This document shows positions 17,211 to 27,519 of a stretch of DNA of 64,000 nucleotides, piece after piece. The position numbers were made by a program, and so were the translations under genes. Every line of letters starts with the position of its first letter. Position 1 is the stretch's first letter. The stretch comes from Candidatus Eiseniibacteriota bacterium. Lineage in GTDB: Bacteria > Eisenbacteria > RBG-16-71-46 > JASEGR01. The DNA is taken from positions 10,485-74,484 of the forward strand of contig JASEGR010000002.1 of assembly GCA_030017955.1 (NCBI GenBank), read 5' to 3'. Under the pieces are notes generated by a model. It was not told the DNA's origin, did no database searches, and worked only from the letters and a program-made list of their open reading frames with translations.

Positions 17211-19343
17211 ATGCAAAACATCGAAGCGCTTGAAAAACGGCTCTGGGAAGCCGCAGACCAGCTAAGGGCAAACTCAGGTCTGGGCTCCAACGAGTATTTC
17301 ATGCCTGTACTGGGCATTCTCTTTCTGCGTCAGGCGTATAATCGATTCTCTCTCGCTGCGAAGGAAGTTGATAAGTCCTTGCCAGTCCGTGGTGGTGTGA
17401 GACGTCGGGTTACCAAGGAAGACTTCACAAAGAGGAGGTCAATTTATTTGCAAAAAGAGGCGCAGTATGAATATCTCACCGGTCTTCCCGGAGATGCAAA
17501 CATCGGTCGAGCGCTGAACCACGGAATGGAGCTTATCGAACACGATTATGAGAGTCTGCGTGGTATTTTGCCGAGGAACTACGAAGCGTTCAGCAATGAT
17601 TTGTTGCGTTCGCTCATCAGGATTTTCAATGATGAGATTCTGAGAAGGGCGTCGGGTGATGTCTTCGGAAGAATCTACGAATACTTTTTGATGAAGTTTG
17701 CAATGCAAGGAGCCCATGACAACGGCGAGTTTTTCACGCCGCCTTCCATCGTTCAGACGATCGTTAATGTTATCGAACCTGATCACGGTATCGTATTCGA
17801 CCCCGCCAATGGATCGGGGGGGATGTTTGTGCAGACGAGTCACTTCCTCGAAACCCGCGAAAAGGAAGTGCAGAAGATGGTCACCTTCTATGGCCAGGAG
17901 AAGAATGAAACGACAATCAGAATTGCAAAGATGAATCTTACCGTTCACGGCCTTGAAGGAAACATAAAGAGAGGGAATACCTTCTACGAAGATGAACACG
18001 AGATGCTTGCGAAGGCTGACTTTCTGATGGCAAATCCGCCCTTCAATGTTGACGGCGTGGATGCCGAGAAGATCAAGAACGATCCACGGTTACCCTTCGG
18101 CCTGCCGGGCGTGAACAACAAAGGAGCCGTCACAAGCGGCAACTATCTGTGGATCTCGTACTTCTACAGTTACCTCAATCCTGAAGGGCGAGCTGGATTC
18201 GTGATGTCGTCTCAAGCCTCCAGCGCAGGGCACGGGGAAATGACGGTCCGGAAGAAAGTCGTTCAGACGGGACACGTGGACGTAATGATCTCAATCCGCT
18301 CCAATTTCTTCTACACCCGTTCAGTCCCATGCGAGCTGTGGTTTTTCGACAAGGGAAAGCCGAAGGCGATGCAGGACAAGGTCTTGATGATCGACGCGCG
18401 AAACATTCACCGCAAAGTGACACGCAAGATTTACGACTTCTCGCCCGAGCAACTCGGGAATGTCGCTGCTATTGTTTGGCTCTATCGTGGACAAACGGAA
18501 AAGTATCTGAAGCTCGTGCGGGACTACTTTGATGCCATGGTGTCTGAATGCACACAAATTCCTGACGGCCTGAAAGCATTCCACGAAGGCTTGCAAAAGC
18601 TTCGAGCACACTTTGAAACGTTTTCGAAAACTCTTGAGAAGAACAAAAAAGTCGCAGCGGAAAAGAAACAACAGTTCAAGGAACCAGTGAAGGAAATTGA
18701 TGAAACAGTAACGTTGTACGAAAAAGACCGCCGGAAAGTGCTCGGTGAGATCGAGGCCTTTCTGAAATCCTGCGAAAAGACACCGCCGGGGACCAACGGG
18801 AAGCAAGTGAAAGCCCGAGAAGCCTTCGATTCCACGGCGGACAGGCTCAAAGGCCTGATGAAACAGATTGAGCTCTTGGCGAAGCTGGCTGTTCGAGTTG
18901 CGGATCAGGTGAAGAACCTGACGGCAGAGACCCAGTTACTTAATAGCGGTCTGGATCGAAAAGAGGTTGCCAAACTCTCAAAGCAATTTGTGATTCCTAA
19001 GGCAGATTCCGATGAAACCACGCTTTTAAGAAAAGCACTCGACAATCTCAAGCAGGTTGTCTATTTCCATAAGCAGATCCACTGGCTGCAAGCGAAGTTT
19101 CCCGATGCGAAGCTGCGGGATGTGGAAGGATTGGTGAAACTGGTTGCCCGCAAAATCATTGAAAAGAACGATTGGAGCCTAACCCCCGGTCGCTATGTTG
19201 GCGTGGCACCACCGGAAGAGGATGACGACTTTGACTTTGAGGAAACCTTGCGTGACATTCACACCGAGCTGGTGGATCTCAACAAGGAGGCGGCGGAGCT
19301 GGCGGCGAAGATTCAGGAGAACTTTGAGGAGTTGGGGTCATGA
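17211..19343 (+). CDS. hsdM: Type I restriction-modification system methyltransferase subunit
   Basis: 710 aa with DPANGSGGMF (motif I), LMANPPFNV (motif IV) and a long K/E-rich coiled-coil C-terminal region. Its stop overlaps the hsdS start. Confidence 0.9.
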   Translation: MQNIEALEKRLWEAADQLRANSGLGSNEYFMPVLGILFLRQAYNRFSLAAKEVDKSLPVRGGVRRRVTKEDFTKRRSIYLQKEAQYEYLTGLPGDANIGRALNHGMELIEHDYESLRGILPRNYEAFSNDLLRSLIRIFNDEILRRASGDVFGRIYEYFLMKFAMQGAHDNGEFFTPPSIVQTIVNVIEPDHGIVFDPANGSGGMFVQTSHFLETREKEVQKMVTFYGQEKNETTIRIAKMNLTVHGLEGNIKRGNTFYEDEHEMLAKADFLMANPPFNVDGVDAEKIKNDPRLPFGLPGVNNKGAVTSGNYLWISYFYSYLNPEGRAGFVMSSQASSAGHGEMTVRKKVVQTGHVDVMISIRSNFFYTRSVPCELWFFDKGKPKAMQDKVLMIDARNIHRKVTRKIYDFSPEQLGNVAAIVWLYRGQTEKYLKLVRDYFDAMVSECTQIPDGLKAFHEGLQKLRAHFETFSKTLEKNKKVAAEKKQQFKEPVKEIDETVTLYEKDRRKVLGEIEAFLKSCEKTPPGTNGKQVKAREAFDSTADRLKGLMKQIELLAKLAVRVADQVKNLTAETQLLNSGLDRKEVAKLSKQFVIPKADSDETTLLRKALDNLKQVVYFHKQIHWLQAKFPDAKLRDVEGLVKLVARKIIEKNDWSLTPGRYVGVAPPEEDDDFDFEETLRDIHTELVDLNKEAAELAAKIQENFEELGS

Positions 19344-20527
19344 GGGCGCGCAAGCTATCACCTCTTGCCAAGTTCGCAACGTTCAACCCAGAGACCGTTG
19401 GCAAGGATTACCCTTTCGAAGAGATTGAGTACATCGACATATCGAGCATTGGATCAGGCGCCTCGGTGTCACGGCCAGCGGTGATTCCGCTAGGGACAGC
19501 TCCAAGTAGGGCCAAGAGGATTGTGCGTGACGGCGATACCATCATTGCCAACGTGCGACCGAATCTCAGGTCATTTCTCTTCATAAAGAATCCAAAGCCA
19601 AATACAGTAGTCTCGACAGGCTTCACCGTTCTTCGAGCACGAGAGCAAGCTGATCCTCGTTTTGTCTTCTATGCAGTTACTGACCGAAGCTTCACCGAGT
19701 ACTTATCCAACAACGCTAAGGGCACATCGTATCCGGCCGTTGACACTGACACCTTTGAGCGGGGGCTGGTTCCAGACGTGTCGCTTGGAGTTCAAAGGAG
19801 AGTGGGCGACATCCTCTCCGCCTACGACGACCTAATCGAGAACAACCAGCGGCGGATTAAGCTGTTGGAGGAATCCGCGAGACTGCTGTACAAAGAGTGG
19901 TTTGTCCGCCTCCGCTTCCCCGGCTACGAACACACCCGCATCATCAACGGTGTGCCGGAAGGGTGGGAGAAGAAAAAGTTAGGTGATCTCTGTGATGAAA
20001 TTAGGGAGATGGTTTCTCCCCAGGAAGTCGATCCGGATACGCCGTATATCGGACTTGAACATATTCCACGTCGATCCATAACTCTTTCTACATGGGGGAA
20101 AGCTGAAGAAGTTACAAGTTCAAAGCACAGATTCCGCGCAGAAGACATCCTTTTTGGAAAAATCCGGCCATATTTCCACAAGGTGGGTATTACATTTGTT
20201 GATGGTGTTTCCTCGTCAGATGCAATCGTCATCCGGCCACGCCGCTCCACACTCCGCGGCCTCGTGCTGATGACGATGTCGTGCGATCCGTTTGTCGAAG
20301 TAACTGCGCAGACAATGAGGGAAGGATCGAAGATGCCGCGCGCTGATTGGAAACAAATGCAGGCGTACCTGGTACCTCTTCCGCCAGACGGTCTGCTGAG
20401 CAGCTTCGATAGTTTCGTGCACGCCACCGTCGAGCAGCTGAAGACACTCGCCTTCGCCAACCACAAGCTCCGCCAAGCTCGTGATCTCTTGCTACCAAAG
20501 CTGATGAACGGAGAGGTAGAGATTTGA
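19340..20527 (+). CDS. hsdS: Type I R-M specificity subunit
   Basis: 395 aa with two variable target-recognition halves. These are separated by conserved helices (LIENNQRRIKLLEESARLLYKEWFV; LRQARDLLLPKLMNGE). Confidence 0.85.
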   Translation: MRARKLSPLAKFATFNPETVGKDYPFEEIEYIDISSIGSGASVSRPAVIPLGTAPSRAKRIVRDGDTIIANVRPNLRSFLFIKNPKPNTVVSTGFTVLRAREQADPRFVFYAVTDRSFTEYLSNNAKGTSYPAVDTDTFERGLVPDVSLGVQRRVGDILSAYDDLIENNQRRIKLLEESARLLYKEWFVRLRFPGYEHTRIINGVPEGWEKKKLGDLCDEIREMVSPQEVDPDTPYIGLEHIPRRSITLSTWGKAEEVTSSKHRFRAEDILFGKIRPYFHKVGITFVDGVSSSDAIVIRPRRSTLRGLVLMTMSCDPFVEVTAQTMREGSKMPRADWKQMQAYLVPLPPDGLLSSFDSFVHATVEQLKTLAFANHKLRQARDLLLPKLMNGEVEI

Positions 20528-20558
20528 AACAAATTCTATTGTATGAAGTGAATTAAGT

Positions 20559-21965
20559 ATGAGAACAACGATCGAACAATTCGAACAGTGGCTACGAGAG
20601 AAACACGAAGGAAATCTCGAGTTCAAGGAAGCCAAGAATCAGTTTGACACCACCAAACTGATGAAGTATTGCGTCGCTATTGCAAACGAGGGAGGAGGAA
20701 AACTTGTTCTTGGCGTGACCGACAAAAAGCCACGAGAAGTTGTTGGCAGCCAGGCATTTGAAAATCTTGAGGATATTCAAAGGAGAATTTTCGAGAAGTT
20801 GCGCTTTCGGGTAGAAACGGAAAAAATTCCCCACCCAAGCGGCCGTGTTGTAGTTTTTCACATTCCTTCAAGACCGACAGGGACCGCGTATCATATCGAT
20901 GGTGCTTATTTGATGCGATCCACTGAAGAAACTGTTCCAATGTCCGAAGATCGTCTTCGTGCGATTTTCAATGAGGGCAGACCATCCTGGTTGTCCGAGA
21001 TCGCACTCCGGCGAGCTTCTTCTGACGACGTTATTCGGTCATTAGATACTCATAGCTATTTTGACCTGCTCAATCTAGCATACCCGGCAAGTCGAGAGAG
21101 GGTGCTTGAACGATTTGAAAGTGAAAGATTTATCACCTCACATTACGATAGCTACGATGTAACAAATCTTGGTGCAATTCTTTTTGCAAAAGATCTAAAG
21201 CTGTTTGAAAGTCTGCATCGAAAGGCCCCACGTGTGATCGTCTATGAGGGGATAGGCAAAACGAAAACCAAATCGGATAAACCAGGCGTGAAAGGCTATG
21301 CCGTGGGCTTTGAAGGTTTGATCGATTATATCGGAAGCCAGCTTCCGTCAAATGAAGTCATCGGCAAAGCTCTCCGAGAGACTGTTCAAATGTATCCGGA
21401 AATTGTGATTCGAGAACTTGTTGCCAATGCTTTGATTCATCAAGACTTTAATGAGAGCGGAACATCTGTAATGATCGAAATCTACAATGATCGGATTGAG
21501 ATTTCTAATCCCGGCAAACCATTCATACCTCCCGAGCGATTCATTGATGAGTACCAATCTCGAAATGACCGCCTTGCTGACGTGATGCGAAGACTGGGGA
21601 TATGTGAAGAAAAAGGCAGCGGTATTGATAAAGTTGTTGAAAGTGTTGAATTGTTCCAGCTCCCTGCTCCTGATTTCCGTGTAGGTGAAAAACATACTCT
21701 CGTTCTGATCTTTGCACACAAGGAATTTGATGAGATGGAGATGAAAGACAAAGTGCGAGCTTGTTATCAGCATTGCTGCCTTCGTTGTGTTATGAATCAG
21801 AAGATGACGAACCAGTCTCTGCGCGGGAGATTCAAGCTCTCAGCAATCAAAGCGGATGCCGCCTCACGGGTCATAAGGGAAACCCTGGAAGCTGGCCTAA
21901 TCAGGCTTGAAGATCCTGAAAGTAGCTCCAAAAGATATGCGAAATACATTCCATTTTGGGCATAG
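20559..21965 (+). CDS. AlbA_2 (Schlafen-like divergent AAA) plus HATPase_c_4-like putative DNA-binding ATPase
   Basis: 468 aa with LEFKEA...KYCVAIANEGGGKLVLGV at the N-terminus and ELVANALIHQDF...ISNPG in the C-terminal half. It is inserted between hsdS and hsdR. Confidence 0.7.
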   Translation: MRTTIEQFEQWLREKHEGNLEFKEAKNQFDTTKLMKYCVAIANEGGGKLVLGVTDKKPREVVGSQAFENLEDIQRRIFEKLRFRVETEKIPHPSGRVVVFHIPSRPTGTAYHIDGAYLMRSTEETVPMSEDRLRAIFNEGRPSWLSEIALRRASSDDVIRSLDTHSYFDLLNLAYPASRERVLERFESERFITSHYDSYDVTNLGAILFAKDLKLFESLHRKAPRVIVYEGIGKTKTKSDKPGVKGYAVGFEGLIDYIGSQLPSNEVIGKALRETVQMYPEIVIRELVANALIHQDFNESGTSVMIEIYNDRIEISNPGKPFIPPERFIDEYQSRNDRLADVMRRLGICEEKGSGIDKVVESVELFQLPAPDFRVGEKHTLVLIFAHKEFDEMEMKDKVRACYQHCCLRCVMNQKMTNQSLRGRFKLSAIKADAASRVIRETLEAGLIRLEDPESSSKRYAKYIPFWA

Positions 21966-22123
21966 TCTATTTGCAAACAACGTCTATGGAAATGTGGAAA
22001 ACCCGCCAACTCATTATGAATCAATAGATTATCCATTTGTAGGCAAATGGGACTGGGTGGGCTTGTCTCTGTTTTCTCAACGATTTGCCCAATGAGATGG
22101 AAGCGTGAAAACTGAATAAGACC

Positions 22124-25100
22124 ATGACGCACAATTACTCCGAAGACAAACTCGTTCAAGAAACCACGGCAAACTATTTCCGTGACAAGCTAGGCTGGGA
22201 ATCCGTATACGCCTACAACGACGAGATTCTCGGTCCGGATGGTACGCTGGGCAGAACAACCGAGCGGGAAGTCGTTCTTGTCCGTTATCTTCGTCAAGCG
22301 CTGGAAAAGCTCAATCCGGGACTTTCCTCTGACGCCTACGAATCCGCTATAAGGCAAATCGTGGAAACGAGTGTTGCCAAATCCACATTGCAAACAAATA
22401 GAGAGAAGTACGAACTTTACAAGAATGGCGTGCTCGTTTCGTTTCGCAACAGCGGTGGTGTGGTGGAAAAGCAAAAACTGAGAGTGTTCGATTTTTCTGA
22501 TCCCACGAACAATCATTTTATGGTCGTTCGTGAGCTATGGACGCAGGGGCCCTTGTATCGCCGCCGTCCGGATATTCTTGGCTTTGTCAATGGGATCCCA
22601 CTCCTCTTCTTTGAACTCAAGAACATCCACAAAGATATCCGCCGCGCCTATAGCGAAAACCTGAGTGACTACAAAGACACCGTCCCCAACATTCTCTATC
22701 ACAATGCTATCGTTGTGTTGAGCAACGGCAGCGAAGCGAAGGTAGGGTCGTTCTCTGCCAAGTACGAGCACTTCCACGAGTGGAAACGACTCGTTGAAGA
22801 AGACCCGGGCGTCGTGGATATGGAAACACTACTTAAGGGAATATGTACGAAAGAGAATGTCATGGACATCTTTGAGAATTTCATCGTTTTCGATGACAGC
22901 TCAGGTAAGCTTATGAAGGTTCTTGCTCGCAATCATCAGTTCTTAGGTGTCCACAGGGCAATCCAGGCTGTGCGTGAACGGAAGGAGCGGAAGGGAAGGT
23001 TGGGTGTCTTCTGGCACACGCAGGGAGCCGGCAAGTCGTACTCGATGGTCTTCTTTGCGAAAATAATCCACCGCAAAATGCAGGGGAGCTTCACGTTTCT
23101 CATCCTGACGGATCGAGAAGACTTGGATAATCAGATTTATAGAACCTTTGCCGGCTGCGGTATTGTTGATAACGACAAAACAAAGTGCCGCGCAGGATCA
23201 GGAGATAACCTCGAGCAACTTCTCAGGCAAGATCTGCCCTACGTCTTTTCGATGATCCACAAGTTCAACAAAGACGTTAACCCTGACCAGCCGTACACGA
23301 CCCGGGATGACATCATTGTCATCACCGATGAAGCGCACCGCACGCAATATGGAAGATTAGCATTGAACATGCGGAATGCTCTGCCCAATGCGAGCTACAT
23401 CGGATTTACTGGTACTCCCCTCTTCAAAGATGACGAAATCACAATGCGGATCTTTGGCGACTATGTATCAACCTATGATTTCCAGCGGGCGGTTGACGAC
23501 AAAGCCACGGTGCCGCTCTATTACGATAACCGAGGTGAGAAGCTGCAAATTACGATGACCGACATCAATGAACGAATTGCACAGAAATTAGAAGAATTGG
23601 AATTCGATCCCGACCAACAAGCAGCGTTGGAACGAGACCTTGCCAGAGACTACCACGTCTTCACAGCGGGAAAGCGGCTTGATGCTATTGCCCGTGACTT
23701 TGTCTCGCACTACACGCAGCGCTGGGAGACTGGCAAGGCGATGATGGTTTGTATCGATAAGATAACAACCGTGCGGATGTATAATCTGATCCGAGGATTT
23801 TGGCAGCAAAGGATACAAGAGATTGAAGCCAACATGTCGAAGGCTGGCGACGAACAAGAAGAAATTCACCTGCGTCGGCAGCTTCAGTGGCTCATGGAAA
23901 CCGAAATCGCTGCCGTAATCAGCGAAGAACAGGGCGAGGTTGAGCAATTTCGCAGGTGGGGACTGGATATCCTGCAACATCGTAGAAAGATCAAGAACGG
24001 CTATGAGACCCCGGACGGGAAACGGATCGATATTGATCTGGCATTCAAGAATCCTGACCACCGATTTCGCGTTGCGATAGTGTGTGCAATGTGGATGACC
24101 GGCTTTGACGTGCCGTCGCTCTCGACGCTCTATCTCGATAAACCGCTTAAAGCTCACACGCTAATGCAAGCCATAGCCCGAGCAAATCGTGTCTACGAAG
24201 GAAAGACCAATGGTTTGATTGTCGACTATTGCGGCATTTTGAAGAACCTCCGGGAGGCGTTAGCCACGTTCGCAACCCGGTCCATTGTTGGAGGAGGAGA
24301 GCATGTCGTTGATCCTCTCAAACCCGAAGAGGAGTTGTTGGAGGAACTAGAAGAAGTAGTTGAGGAGACGAAAGCATTCCTAAGAGAACGCGGGTTTGAT
24401 CTTAATCGGATCATTTGGAACACGGGGTTTGAGCGAATTCAGACGATCATCGCCGCCAAAGAGGTCATCAACCTCAATGAGGAAACCCGCAAACGGTTTG
24501 AAATATTGGCGCGAGAAGTGTTCAACAAGGTCAAGGCTTGCATTACGATCAAAGGCGTCAACAAGTACCGAGACGAATATGGTGCGATCGATATCATCTA
24601 TAGGAAACTGCAAGACGACAGGGATCGTGCTGACATCACTGGCATTATGAAGGAACTGCAAACGATCGTTGATGAAGCAATCGTGCCCAGAGATCTTGCG
24701 GAATCACAGGACAGAGTCTACGACATTAGCAAGATTGATTTCGAACGGCTGAAAAAGGAATTCACGAAGTCTCCCACAAGGAACACCATGACTTTTTGCC
24801 TAAAAGAGCAAGTGGAGAAGCGTCTCAAAGCAATGATTGCACGGAATCCACTTCGGACCGATCTCTACCGACGTTATCAAGAAATCATTGCTGACTATAA
24901 TCTGGAAAAGGATCGAGTTACGATTGAAGAGACATTCGCAGCACTCCTGAGATTTGTCGAGCAGCTCGACAGGGAAGAAAAGCGTGCCATCCGCGAGGGA
25001 TTAGACGAAGAGACGTTGGCGCTATTTGATCTCTTGGAGAAGCCGAAGCTTAGGCCGAGAGAAAGAAACAAGCTCAAGATGGTCGCAAAAGAGCTGCTAG

Positions 25101-25327
25101 AACGGCTGAAAGCTGAGCAACTGAGAGTGCACGGTTGGAGGGAGAAAGAAGCCACGCGTGCTGCGGTGAAGACGTTTATTCATGATTTCCTCTGGAATGA
25201 ACAAACAGGCTTGCCGGCGGAAAGTTACAGTCCCCCAGAGGTTGAAGACAAGGTGGAGCTTATCTTCAATCATGTCCTCCGGCAGTATGTCGATGCCTCG
25301 GATCACGCATATGCAAGCGCGGCATAG
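22124..25327 (+). CDS. hsdR: Type I restriction endonuclease subunit R
   Basis: 1067 aa with SF2 helicase motifs WHTQGAGKS, ITDEAHRTQYG and QAIARANR. Confidence 0.9.
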   Translation: MTHNYSEDKLVQETTANYFRDKLGWESVYAYNDEILGPDGTLGRTTEREVVLVRYLRQALEKLNPGLSSDAYESAIRQIVETSVAKSTLQTNREKYELYKNGVLVSFRNSGGVVEKQKLRVFDFSDPTNNHFMVVRELWTQGPLYRRRPDILGFVNGIPLLFFELKNIHKDIRRAYSENLSDYKDTVPNILYHNAIVVLSNGSEAKVGSFSAKYEHFHEWKRLVEEDPGVVDMETLLKGICTKENVMDIFENFIVFDDSSGKLMKVLARNHQFLGVHRAIQAVRERKERKGRLGVFWHTQGAGKSYSMVFFAKIIHRKMQGSFTFLILTDREDLDNQIYRTFAGCGIVDNDKTKCRAGSGDNLEQLLRQDLPYVFSMIHKFNKDVNPDQPYTTRDDIIVITDEAHRTQYGRLALNMRNALPNASYIGFTGTPLFKDDEITMRIFGDYVSTYDFQRAVDDKATVPLYYDNRGEKLQITMTDINERIAQKLEELEFDPDQQAALERDLARDYHVFTAGKRLDAIARDFVSHYTQRWETGKAMMVCIDKITTVRMYNLIRGFWQQRIQEIEANMSKAGDEQEEIHLRRQLQWLMETEIAAVISEEQGEVEQFRRWGLDILQHRRKIKNGYETPDGKRIDIDLAFKNPDHRFRVAIVCAMWMTGFDVPSLSTLYLDKPLKAHTLMQAIARANRVYEGKTNGLIVDYCGILKNLREALATFATRSIVGGGEHVVDPLKPEEELLEELEEVVEETKAFLRERGFDLNRIIWNTGFERIQTIIAAKEVINLNEETRKRFEILAREVFNKVKACITIKGVNKYRDEYGAIDIIYRKLQDDRDRADITGIMKELQTIVDEAIVPRDLAESQDRVYDISKIDFERLKKEFTKSPTRNTMTFCLKEQVEKRLKAMIARNPLRTDLYRRYQEIIADYNLEKDRVTIEETFAALLRFVEQLDREEKRAIREGLDEETLALFDLLEKPKLRPRERNKLKMVAKELLERLKAEQLRVHGWREKEATRAAVKTFIHDFLWNEQTGLPAESYSPPEVEDKVELIFNHVLRQYVDASDHAYASAA

Positions 25328-25478
25328 CAGAAAGTTTGTTAATCAAACCGCGACCATGGAATCTCAAGAGGAATTCTACAAGATCCCTGCCTGGATGACT
25401 CTCGTCCCATAACGTGAATCCTGGGTGTTGATGCCAAGTCAGATATCACGCCTGAAGCTCCCGCGTGACCGTGAGAAG

Positions 25479-25506
25479 TTGACAGTCGTGCGCTGTGTGA
25501 TAACAT
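25479..25506 (+). promoter_or_regulatory. Candidate sigma70 promoter (TTGACA-16 nt-TAACAT)
   Basis: Read directly from the sequence, upstream of the beta-propeller gene. Confidence 0.3.
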
Positions 25507-25559
25507 TTGGCCTTCAGGTCTACGTGTTGGTTCTCAAGTGGCGTTGGAAGGAGGCTAAG

Positions 25560-27275
25560 ATGAGGTTCTATTTTCTTCTCCCCTTGATTCTCATCCCGTC
25601 TTTATTGTTTGCGCAATCGTCAGACATGGAGCCGGTGACTGTCGGATTCGTGCCTAACGGCAACCAGGTCTCCATGATTGATCTTTCCTGGGGGAAGGTC
25701 ATCTATAAACTCTACACAGGACAGGCTCCTGCACGGGCGGTGGTTTCGCCAGACAAGAAGTACGTTTGGGTCTTGAACACCGGCTCAGGCAAGACTACGG
25801 TCATAGATCTTACAAAACGGGGCGGGTTTGCGAAAGTAGAAATCTCGAATATGATGGAGCCCATCTGGCCGGTCGCCTTCGAACCGGCTGGCAAGAGCGC
25901 CTACGGAATTTCTCTGAAAGATTCCGCTCTTCTTGAAATCGACTGCACCAGCTTTGAGGTCAAGTCCAGAACCAGGCTTCCTGCCCCTGATGGAGTGAGA
26001 GGCCTGGCAATAACACCTGACAGGAAGAAGCTATATGTCATCTGGGGAAATGCGCTTTCGACTGCCGGTTTGAGGGACTACATAACCGTCTTCGATCCTT
26101 CCGGCGGCAAGGAGATCGGGAAGATTCCCGGAGGAAAAGGGATCACCGCCTTGAAACTCTCGAGTGACGGCAAGATTCTACTCGCCCTGGATGCGGGCTC
26201 ATCAGAGGTGCTCATCATTGACACAGGGAACGATCGCGTGGTCAAGAGATTCGGAGTCGGGCCGGGCCCGCTTTACATGTTTTCGTCTCCGGACTGGTCG
26301 AAGCTCGTGGTGACATGCGGCAGTGAGATTCAGCTTTACGGACTCGACCTCAAGAAGAAGTCGTCCAAGCTGATTGCGAAGGCAAAGTTCGACGGATTTG
26401 GTGAATTCGGCTGCTTTGATCCAACCGGAAACAATCTCTGTGTCGTTGATAAGAACGGCAAGAGGGTGGTCGTCTTCTCTCCGGCCGACCTTTCCGTAAA
26501 ATCGACGATCCCGCTTCCCGGAACTCCGGCCAATGTTGACCTTGTTGAGATGCTCGCGATGGACAGAAATGCCATAGCACGCTGGAGCTCTAGCACGAGG
26601 CAGGATGCGAAGATTGTTGTGAACCAGTTGAGAAACAGAGGACTGAAATTCAAAGATGCAGAGATTACAGGCACGCTCTATGAGTCCAGAGAAGATACGG
26701 CAGGTACTGTCGAGAGGAAAAAGGTGACACTCTACTTCCTTCCGCCGTTCCAGAGCCGCATCGATGTCGCGGGAGCGGAAACGGTCATCGGAAAAGAGTT
26801 TGTTGAGAAGGTTATGAAGGATGGAACCAGTACAAAGCGCCCTAGGAGGGGACTATGGTTCATTCCATTCGGAATGGTGAATGTCCAGGAAGCGACATTC
26901 ATCAATCGTCTTACCGCGGAAGCCGGAGAACCAGGTGCGATAAGCATTGCGCTTGACATCATGCATGAAGAAACCTTTGCAGGCGCGAATTTTGTTGTGC
27001 TCGGCGCTGTCCAGGGAGACAGCCTCTCAAGTCAATTCTGGGTGAACAAGGATTCATGGCTCCCGGCAAAGGTTATTGAGAATGACCCAGAGACCGGCAC
27101 GATCACGGAAACGCAATTCCTGGATTACCGCTCTGTGCCGCCGATGACTGGAGTGGGGGGCTACTGGCTTCCCATGAAACTTGACACCTACATAAACGGG
27201 CGATTGGTGCGGACTCTCATGCTGAGAGAAGTAAGCATAGATCAGGGGGTTGACCCTTCATTGTTCGAGTTCTAG
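25560..27275 (+). CDS. Secreted YVTN/beta-propeller repeat protein with a LolA-like C-terminal region (weak)
   Basis: ATG 25560 follows GGAAGGAGG and gives the signal peptide MRFYFLLPLILIPSLLFAQS. Repeated blades are visible (KYVWVLNTGSGKTTVIDL; KILLALDAGSSEVLIIDT; NLCVVDKNGKRVVVF). Confidence 0.65.
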   Translation: MRFYFLLPLILIPSLLFAQSSDMEPVTVGFVPNGNQVSMIDLSWGKVIYKLYTGQAPARAVVSPDKKYVWVLNTGSGKTTVIDLTKRGGFAKVEISNMMEPIWPVAFEPAGKSAYGISLKDSALLEIDCTSFEVKSRTRLPAPDGVRGLAITPDRKKLYVIWGNALSTAGLRDYITVFDPSGGKEIGKIPGGKGITALKLSSDGKILLALDAGSSEVLIIDTGNDRVVKRFGVGPGPLYMFSSPDWSKLVVTCGSEIQLYGLDLKKKSSKLIAKAKFDGFGEFGCFDPTGNNLCVVDKNGKRVVVFSPADLSVKSTIPLPGTPANVDLVEMLAMDRNAIARWSSSTRQDAKIVVNQLRNRGLKFKDAEITGTLYESREDTAGTVERKKVTLYFLPPFQSRIDVAGAETVIGKEFVEKVMKDGTSTKRPRRGLWFIPFGMVNVQEATFINRLTAEAGEPGAISIALDIMHEETFAGANFVVLGAVQGDSLSSQFWVNKDSWLPAKVIENDPETGTITETQFLDYRSVPPMTGVGGYWLPMKLDTYINGRLVRTLMLREVSIDQGVDPSLFEF

Positions 27276-27519
27276 CCCCTGCCTGGAGATGAGTATGCGC
27301 ACGCCGGGTAAGAGTCTTACCGGTCGCCGGAAACGACTCTGCCCTCTCCTATTCTCTTCTCTCCCCGGAATTACCGGACTCATAAGAGGCGGCGCAGCAA
27401 CCATTCACGACATGGGAACAACCGGACACACTGCCTGCATCAGCAAGGCAATTCGCAGATCGGCATAAGAGGGTTTTTGGAAAAGCGATGATGGACTACT
27501 CTGAAGAAGAGGGGGACCA

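Noticed and set aside
15748-25327. Calling the defence island a mobile element.
   Set aside because: I found no integrase, transposase, flanking direct repeats or tRNA/tmRNA target. Only the gene content suggests horizontal origin.
27276-27519. A possible Moco riboswitch or other leader upstream of the molybdenum hydroxylase genes; 33581..33737 was also examined.
   Set aside because: I cannot match the conserved Moco-motif elements by eye. Only generic hairpins are present, for example 27304-27323 and 33619-33639.
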